DNA from: an uncultured virus (IMG/VR IMGVR_UViG_3300010157_000038)
Lineage: Duplodnaviria; Heunggongvirae; Uroviricota; Caudoviricetes
Length of the DNA stretch: 64,000 nt
Reading direction: 5' to 3' (one strand)
IMG/VR virus record: IMGVR_UViG_3300010157_000038
Positions 57,946 to 64,000 of the stretch are shown here, piece by piece (the first letter of the stretch is position 1; every line of letters starts with the position of its first letter). A program made the translations under genes and the position numbers. A model generated the notes under the pieces. It had not been told where the DNA came from, did not search any database, and saw nothing but the letters and a program-made list of their open reading frames with translations.

Positions 57946-59607
57946 ATGTCATCGTCAAATACAGAAAAATACTATTGGTTAAACAATCACTCCAGGCTCT
58001 ACCTAGAGCGTGGATACTTGGAAGAAGGTGTAACTCCAGAAAAAAGAATAAGCCAGATAGCTCTTAATGCAGAGACTATTTTAGGAATAGAAGGATTTGC
58101 GACTAAGTTTGAGGATTACATGTCAAAAGGCTTCTATTCTCTTTCTACTCCAGTCTGGACAAACTTTGGAAATAAGAGAGGTCTTCCAGTTTCATGCTTC
58201 AATTCTCACATCTCAGATAAGATGGAAGAGATACTCTATAAAGCAGCTGAGGTTGGAATCATGTCCAAGCACGGGGGTGGAACTTCTGGCTATTTTGGAG
58301 ATCTACGTTCTCGCGGTACTAAAATCTCTGTTGGTGGGGAGTCTTCTGGTCCAGTTCATTTCATGGAACTCTTTGATACGATTGCTGATGTAATTTCGCA
58401 AGGATCTGCACGTAGAGGATCATTTGCAGCTTATTTACCGATAGAGCATCCAGACATACAAGAATTCTTGCAGATCAGAAGCGACGGTCATCCTATTCAA
58501 AACATGAGTATTGGTGTTACAGTTACTGACGCTTGGATGAAGTCCATGACTGAAGGTAATAAAGAGAAGCGTGGTATCTGGAGTAAAGTCATTCAGAAAC
58601 GTTTTGAGACTGGTTATCCTTACATCTTCTTTACAGACAATGTCAATAAAGTAGCTCCAAAGGTCTATAAAGAAAAAGGAAGAAAGATCAATGCGAGTAA
58701 CCTCTGTTCAGAGATCATGCTTAGTTCAAATGAAAATGAAAGTTTCGTGTGTGTTCTTTCGTCATTAAATCTATTGCATTGGGAAGAAATGCAGAAGACT
58801 GATGCAGTTCAGACTATGATTTACTTCTTAGATGCAGTGAACGAGGAGTTTGTACATAAGACCATAGGAATGAAGTTCATGGAACACCCACATAACTTTG
58901 CAAAGAATCAAAGGGCACTTGGTCTAGGAGTACTCGGTTGGCACTCGCTGCTTCAATCAAAATCGATTGCATTTGAATCTTTAGAAGCCAAATTGCTAAA
59001 CACTTCTATCTGGCAAACAATTAGATTTAGAGCCGATGAAGCTACAGAATGGTTGGCATCTAAATTTGGTGAACCAGAAATGCTAAAAGGAACTGGAAGA
59101 CGTAATGTAACTACACTAGCAGTTGCTCCTACAACGTCTTCTAGCTTTATTCTAGGTCAGGTATCACCAAGTATTGAGCCATTAAATTCAAATTACTTCG
59201 TAAAGAAATTGGCAAAAGGTTCATTCACATATAAGAATCCATATTTAAAAGATGTTTTAAGGAAATATGATAAGAACGACGAAGAGACTTGGAAGTCCAT
59301 TCTCGTTCATGGTGGATCGGTTCAGCACCTAAAGTTTTTAAATGATTCGGAAAGGGATATATTTAAGACTTTTGGAGAACTTTCCCAGAAAGAAATATTG
59401 ATTCAGGCTGCAACACGCCAGAAATACATCGATCAGGGTCAGTCAATCAATATCATGGTTCATCCAAAGACACCTCCGAAAGAAGTCAATCAACTCATGA
59501 TCTTTGCTTGGGAGCAAGGAATCAAAACATTATACTACCAGCGCGGAACACATCCAGCACAAGAGCTTAGCCGCAACTTGCTGAATTGTGCTTCGTGTGA
59601 AGGATGA
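57946..59607 (+). CDS. nrdA: Ribonucleotide reductase alpha subunit (no ATP cone)
   Basis: PVSCF, SNLCSE, APTTSSS, TLYY, C-terminal CASC. Confidence 0.95.
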   Translation: MSSSNTEKYYWLNNHSRLYLERGYLEEGVTPEKRISQIALNAETILGIEGFATKFEDYMSKGFYSLSTPVWTNFGNKRGLPVSCFNSHISDKMEEILYKAAEVGIMSKHGGGTSGYFGDLRSRGTKISVGGESSGPVHFMELFDTIADVISQGSARRGSFAAYLPIEHPDIQEFLQIRSDGHPIQNMSIGVTVTDAWMKSMTEGNKEKRGIWSKVIQKRFETGYPYIFFTDNVNKVAPKVYKEKGRKINASNLCSEIMLSSNENESFVCVLSSLNLLHWEEMQKTDAVQTMIYFLDAVNEEFVHKTIGMKFMEHPHNFAKNQRALGLGVLGWHSLLQSKSIAFESLEAKLLNTSIWQTIRFRADEATEWLASKFGEPEMLKGTGRRNVTTLAVAPTTSSSFILGQVSPSIEPLNSNYFVKKLAKGSFTYKNPYLKDVLRKYDKNDEETWKSILVHGGSVQHLKFLNDSERDIFKTFGELSQKEILIQAATRQKYIDQGQSINIMVHPKTPPKEVNQLMIFAWEQGIKTLYYQRGTHPAQELSRNLLNCASCEG

Positions 59608-59610
59608 TCT

Positions 59611-59811
59611 ATGAAATTACATAAAGAATGCTCATGTTGCGCCGCCACTTATGTGGTAGCATTTACAGTCAGAGAAAATCCAATAGAATGGCCAGAGGAA
59701 AGTGAGAATGCTGATACGGATATGGACTTTAACCAATATCCAGAATTCTGTCCATTCTGTGGAAAGCATGAGGCAGATTCTGAAGACGATTTTCTTGATG
59801 AAGAAGAGTAA
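59611..59811 (+). CDS. Small Zn-ribbon protein
   Basis: CSCC..CPFCG with acidic tail. Confidence 0.7.
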   Translation: MKLHKECSCCAATYVVAFTVRENPIEWPEESENADTDMDFNQYPEFCPFCGKHEADSEDDFLDEEE

Positions 59812-59838
59812 AATAATTAGCTAATAAATACCACTATA

Positions 59839-60249
59839 ATGTGGTATTATAAAGATCAACCTTACGAACCTATTAACTTAGATCCAAAAAAAGATATTGG
59901 ATTTGTATACTTAATAAAAAATAAGGTTAGCGGAAAGCTTTATGTTGGTAAAAAACTGTTTTTCTTTAAAGGCTTTAAAAAAATAAAAGGAAAAAGGAAG
60001 CGAACTTACATAGAGTCAGACTGGAAAGAATACTATGGATCAAACAGGCTGTTACAGGAAGACGTACAGGTATCAGGACCAGAAAACTTTGAAAGAACTA
60101 TATTGCATCTATGCTCCTCAAAAGGTCACTGTAACTATCTAGAGCTGTATGAACAGATTACACGAAATGCTATTATAGATCCTGGGTATTATAATGACTT
60201 AATATGGGTTAGGATCAATAGAAGTCATTTAAAGAATATTAAATTTTAG
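59839..60249 (+). CDS. GIY-YIG endonuclease
   Basis: GFVYLIKN..LYVGKK, ESDWKEYYGS, YYN. Confidence 0.85.
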   Translation: MWYYKDQPYEPINLDPKKDIGFVYLIKNKVSGKLYVGKKLFFFKGFKKIKGKRKRTYIESDWKEYYGSNRLLQEDVQVSGPENFERTILHLCSSKGHCNYLELYEQITRNAIIDPGYYNDLIWVRINRSHLKNIKF

Positions 60250-60286
60250 TATTTACATATCTTATAGTTCAATCTACTATTTACAA

Positions 60287-61138
60287 ATGATCATCTTAGA
60301 TTATTCTGGAATAGCTATAGCGAGTGCTTTCAGTCAAAACTTTGAAATGAAAGAAGGCATTATACGTCATTTGATATTAAATTCTCTTCGCATGTATAAC
60401 GTAAAGTACCGTGAAGAATATGGCCAAATGGTTATAGCGTGTGATGGTGGGTCAAACTGGAGAAAGAAAGTGTATCCTCACTATAAGGCTCATCGCAAAA
60501 AGAATAGAGACGATTCTGGATTAGACTGGAAAGAATTTTTTAAAATATTAGATCTTATTAAGGAAGAAATAAAAGAAAATCTTCCTTATAAAGTCATTCA
60601 CCTCGATGAAGTTGAAGCCGATGATGTTATAGCAACTCTCGTAGATTCCACACAGCAGTTTGGAAGTGATGAGCCAGTAATGATTATATCTTCTGATAAA
60701 GACTTTATTCAGCTTCAACGATATAATAATGTTAAGCAATTTTCTCCAATGTCTAAGACTTTTATAAAAGAAAGTGATCCTATTAGAGCACTTAGAGAAA
60801 AAATACTTAGAGGTGATTCTGGAGATGGAGTACCGAATGTGTTAAGTTATGACTCTACTTTTGTGGATAACGTTCGTCAAAAGACGCTTTCTTCAAAGAA
60901 AGTTGATGAATGGATTAAAGATTGGGACAATCTGTCAAAGGTGATGGAAAGTGATGTATATCTTAACTTTCAGCGCAATAAAACTCTAATAGATTTATCA
61001 GAACTACCTCAAGACAAGAAAGCTGCTATTATAAATACATTTGAATCCGTTAAACCGAATTCAAACATACTCTCTTATCTTATATCAAAACGATGCTCTC
61101 AGCTAATTGAATGCGCCGAAGAATTTAATACTATATGA
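60287..61138 (+). CDS. rnh: RNase H / 5'-3' exonuclease
   Basis: NWRK, YKAHR, EADD, SSDKDF, GDSGDGVPN. Confidence 0.95.
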   Translation: MIILDYSGIAIASAFSQNFEMKEGIIRHLILNSLRMYNVKYREEYGQMVIACDGGSNWRKKVYPHYKAHRKKNRDDSGLDWKEFFKILDLIKEEIKENLPYKVIHLDEVEADDVIATLVDSTQQFGSDEPVMIISSDKDFIQLQRYNNVKQFSPMSKTFIKESDPIRALREKILRGDSGDGVPNVLSYDSTFVDNVRQKTLSSKKVDEWIKDWDNLSKVMESDVYLNFQRNKTLIDLSELPQDKKAAIINTFESVKPNSNILSYLISKRCSQLIECAEEFNTI

Positions 61139-61587
61139 TGCACTTAACATTACATGAAATCCTTGAAAAGGTTGCTGCGGCGCCTTCTAAGGCAGAAAAG
61201 ATTGATTTATTAAAACAGCACAATTGTCTAGCACTTAGAGACGTACTCAAGGCGTCATTTGATGATTCAATAGTGTTTCTTTTACCAAAGGGTATTCCTA
61301 AGTATGAGTCTGCGTTATCAGAAGAAGGCATGCCACCATCTGACTTAAAGCGTAGGACCGTAGAATTTACTTACTTTATAAAAGGTGGAATGGGCGAAAA
61401 ACTTGCTCCTGAAAAGAGGGAAAGAATGTTTATGGGCATCGTAGAAGGCGTGGATCCAAAAGACGCAGAACTACTATTCGCAATGAAAGACAAGAAGTTA
61501 AATAGGAGATACAAAGGTATCACAAAAGCTTTAGTTCAGCAGGTTTGGCCAAATTTGATCAAGGATGCTGAAATAATAAAAATCTAA
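61135..61587 (+). CDS. Conserved T4-like hypothetical protein
   Basis: LP.G.P.Y, KRERMF..EG..DAELL..KDK. Confidence 0.75.
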   Translation: MMHLTLHEILEKVAAAPSKAEKIDLLKQHNCLALRDVLKASFDDSIVFLLPKGIPKYESALSEEGMPPSDLKRRTVEFTYFIKGGMGEKLAPEKRERMFMGIVEGVDPKDAELLFAMKDKKLNRRYKGITKALVQQVWPNLIKDAEIIKI

Positions 61588-61655
61588 CTTGATAAGCAAT
61601 GTTTGCTTACTATATTATGCTCTCGTCAGTTAACGTTAGCAGATATAACAGTCAA

Positions 61656-61841
61656 ATGATAGAATCACAACTAGAACGGTTAAAACAAGATTCAGTTGAA
61701 CTCGATTACTACATACAGCGTCTTCAAAAGGAAGGCGATACAAAAAAAGTAGTTTCAATCCAAAAGAAGCGTCAATACTTATTGGATTACATAGAAACCC
61801 TTCAAGGCGGCCAGCGAGAAGAAATACTAATTGCAATTTAA
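61656..61841 (+). CDS. Small coiled-coil hypothetical protein
   Basis: MIESQLERLKQD; ATG 61656. Confidence 0.55.
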   Translation: MIESQLERLKQDSVELDYYIQRLQKEGDTKKVVSIQKKRQYLLDYIETLQGGQREEILIAI

Positions 61842-61888
61842 TTAATATTATTTACAAGTTATACCGAATAGTATAACTTGTCTTTTAA

Positions 61889-62449
61889 ATGAATATCTTT
61901 GTATTAGATTATGATCCCGTAAACGCCGCTAGAATGCAATGTAATGCTCATGTAGTAAAGATGATACTTGAGTCAGCGCAAATGCTTTCTACTGCTCACC
62001 GTATTCTTGACGGAAAGATGACTGTCTCCGTTAATGATAAAAATAGAAAAGTAAAGATTTGGACAATTACTGACGACCATGAACTAGATAATATTTTATA
62101 TAAATCAGTTCATGTGAATCATCCATGTACAAAATGGACAATGGCGAGTATTGCAAATTACCAATGGCATTATAAGCATTTTACAGCATTATGTGAAGAG
62201 TATAAATTTCGTTATGGAAAAATACATAAAACCGATAAGATGCTTAGAAATGTTCTTAGCAAAATTCCAATTAATATTTCAAGTTGCCCTCAAACGCAAT
62301 TTCCTCTCGCAATGAAATCTAATCCTGAATGCATGAATCCAGATGATCCTGTTACTTCTTATAGATTATTTTATCAGACAAAACAACAGCGCTTTAAAAT
62401 GAATTGGACTCATAGAAAAATGCCGGATTGGTTCATACGAACTGTATAA
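61889..62449 (+). CDS. Pyrimidine-dimer DNA glycosylase/DenV-family protein
   Basis: MNIFVLD..HVVKMILESAQML, HVNHPC, RYGKIH. Confidence 0.8.
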   Translation: MNIFVLDYDPVNAARMQCNAHVVKMILESAQMLSTAHRILDGKMTVSVNDKNRKVKIWTITDDHELDNILYKSVHVNHPCTKWTMASIANYQWHYKHFTALCEEYKFRYGKIHKTDKMLRNVLSKIPINISSCPQTQFPLAMKSNPECMNPDDPVTSYRLFYQTKQQRFKMNWTHRKMPDWFIRTV

Positions 62450-62457
62450 ATTATTTT

Positions 62458-62718
62458 ATGCCTACATACGATTATACCTGTGAAGCCTGCGGTCATACAT
62501 TTGATATGAATGTACAAGTAATGGAAAGAGATATTTTTGCTCAATCTACTCCATGTCCGGAATGTAAAAAGAAAAAATTAATTAGGGGAGTGTCTGCTGC
62601 AGCTTTTCATTATGACCATGGAGTGTCTATACATAAGAGAGCTGGAGATGGCTGGAAAGAAGTTCAAGATAGAATTAAGGCTGGATCCGCTAAAAAGAAT
62701 ACTATTACGACTAAATAA
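62458..62718 (+). CDS. FmdB-family Zn-ribbon protein
   Basis: MPTYDYTCEACG..CPEC. Confidence 0.85.
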   Translation: MPTYDYTCEACGHTFDMNVQVMERDIFAQSTPCPECKKKKLIRGVSAAAFHYDHGVSIHKRAGDGWKEVQDRIKAGSAKKNTITTK

Positions 62719-62730
62719 TAAATAATACTA

Positions 62731-63471
62731 ATGGCTAAAAAACCTAAAGGTCAACAGAAGATAAAAATTCAACCGTCTGGACTTGGACTTGAGAATTTAA
62801 AAGAAATAAGCCCTCTTACACTTATACAGAAAAAGGTATTTCAAGCTTTTAAAAAGAATAATAATCTTTGTTTATCTGGAAGCGCAGGTACTGGAAAGAC
62901 TTTCATAGCCATGTATCTAGCATTAGAAGAGATACTCTCAGGCGAATCAAAGGCTGAAAAGGTGATAGTAGTTAGATCGATTGTTCCTACGAGAGACATT
63001 GGTTTCTTACCTGGCGATAGAGCTGAAAAAGAAGCTACATACTTGTATCCATACATTTCGATCTGCTCAGAATTATTTGCAGATCCTCAAGCATGGACAA
63101 AACTCTGTGCGAGGAAACAGATGGAATTCTTAACCACATCTTTTGTAAGAGGTATCACTCTTCGCAATTCTATCGTAATTGTAGACGAAATGCAGAATCT
63201 TACATTCCATGAACTAGATTCAATTATTACACGTTTAGGAGAAAATTGTCGATTGATCATGTGTGGAGATTATTACCAGAGTGACCTTGAAAAGAGCCGA
63301 GATAAATTAGGTATCATAGATTTCATGAAGATCATCGAGCAAATGAAGTACTTTCATTGCGCAGAATTCGGTTGGCAAGATATTGTAAGATCTGGCTTAG
63401 TCCGAGATTACATAATGACAAAAGAGCTAGTACAAAAAGAAAACACAGGTAATAAGAAAAACAATGAATAA
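62731..63471 (+). CDS. phoH: PhoH-family ATPase
   Basis: GSAGTGKT, IGFLPG, RGIT, DEMQN, TRLG, GDYYQSD. Confidence 0.95.
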   Translation: MAKKPKGQQKIKIQPSGLGLENLKEISPLTLIQKKVFQAFKKNNNLCLSGSAGTGKTFIAMYLALEEILSGESKAEKVIVVRSIVPTRDIGFLPGDRAEKEATYLYPYISICSELFADPQAWTKLCARKQMEFLTTSFVRGITLRNSIVIVDEMQNLTFHELDSIITRLGENCRLIMCGDYYQSDLEKSRDKLGIIDFMKIIEQMKYFHCAEFGWQDIVRSGLVRDYIMTKELVQKENTGNKKNNE

Positions 63472-63637
63472 GAAATTGCAAGAGGACAAAGAACTCGAGT
63501 TCAAGTTATTAGAAAAGAAACCAAACAAAAAGCTACCTAAACCACAGAGAGTAGCCGAAGATCGTCTGATGGAAAAGAGGCATATTCGTGTCACTGACAT
63601 CGAAGACATCATAGACGACGATGATATTTACTCATGA
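63464..63637 (+). CDS. Small hypothetical protein (57 aa)
   Basis: ATG overlaps the phoH stop; ends DDDDIYS*. Confidence 0.55.
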   Translation: MNKKLQEDKELEFKLLEKKPNKKLPKPQRVAEDRLMEKRHIRVTDIEDIIDDDDIYS

Positions 63638-64000
63638 TCCTATAAAGTTAGACTACGAAGATCTCCTTTGCGAAACAAAAGAGAGTGGCAGGACCTATGC
63701 TACACCTCAAGGCAAGAAATATCCTTCTATAACGACGGTGCTTGCAATACTTTCTGAAGGCTATATTCAGAGTTGGAGGAATCGAGTAGGTGAAGAAGAA
63801 GCAAATAGAATAAGTAGAAAGGCTTGCAATAGGGGAACTGCAGTACATACACTAGTTGAGAAATACATCAATAATGAAACATTGACAAATGAAGGAGTGA
63901 TGCCGGATGTATTTCAAAATTTTAAGTCTTTATCTGTTATTCTAGATAATAGACTAAATAACATTCGGCTTCAAGAAAAACCATTATATTCTGATCATTT
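63621..64000 (+). CDS. PD-(D/E)XK (Cas4-like) exonuclease, 3'-truncated
   Basis: R.Y.TP.G.KYPSITTVL, WRNRVGEEEA, RGTAVH. Confidence 0.85.
   Translation, partial: MIFTHDPIKLDYEDLLCETKESGRTYATPQGKKYPSITTVLAILSEGYIQSWRNRVGEEEANRISRKACNRGTAVHTLVEKYINNETLTNEGVMPDVFQNFKSLSVILDNRLNNIRLQEKPLYSDH

Noticed and set aside
198..63848. All minus-strand and nested short ORFs in the ORF track
   Set aside because: They are shadows of well-supported + strand genes, with no motifs or independent signals.
63621..64000. Cas4 as part of a CRISPR system
   Set aside because: It is the stand-alone exonuclease commonly found next to phoH in T4-like phages; no array is present.
1..64000. tRNA genes
   Set aside because: No cloverleaf with T-loop GTTCRA in any intergenic gap was seen by eye; a tRNAscan run would be decisive.

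Overview
A 64-kb segment of a large, AT-rich T4-like (Tevenvirinae/Kyanoviridae-type gene set) myovirus genome, with all credible genes on the + strand. Order: collagen-like fibre; gp15-gp23 neck, packaging, tail and head module; gp3, uvsY, uvsW, gp55, gp47/46; manC; VWA/CobS pair; gp45/44/62, regA, hsp20, gp43; a ~9 kb DNA-modification island; uvsX, gp41; a variable region with gene relics and two glycosyltransferase-like genes; a cluster of His-rich putative internal head proteins; class Id-type ribonucleotide reductase; rnh, denV-like, phoH and an exonuclease. There are two main candidates for an undescribed system. The first is a gp42 dCMP hydroxymethylase operon linked to a non-agt/bgt glycosyltransferase, a three-enzyme sugar-tailoring cassette and a C5-methyltransferase-fold protein with an altered SAM motif, suggesting a new cytosine hypermodification. 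The second is an array of modular His/Ala-rich polyproteins with capsid-targeting-like N-termini and gp21-type cleavage sites. Non-coding signals include a covarying 25-bp palindrome before TKTACA-type promoters, two H-type pseudoknots, a ROSE-like hsp20 leader and a fossil second gp21 3' end. All calls come from motif recognition and gene order read by eye; no searches were run.
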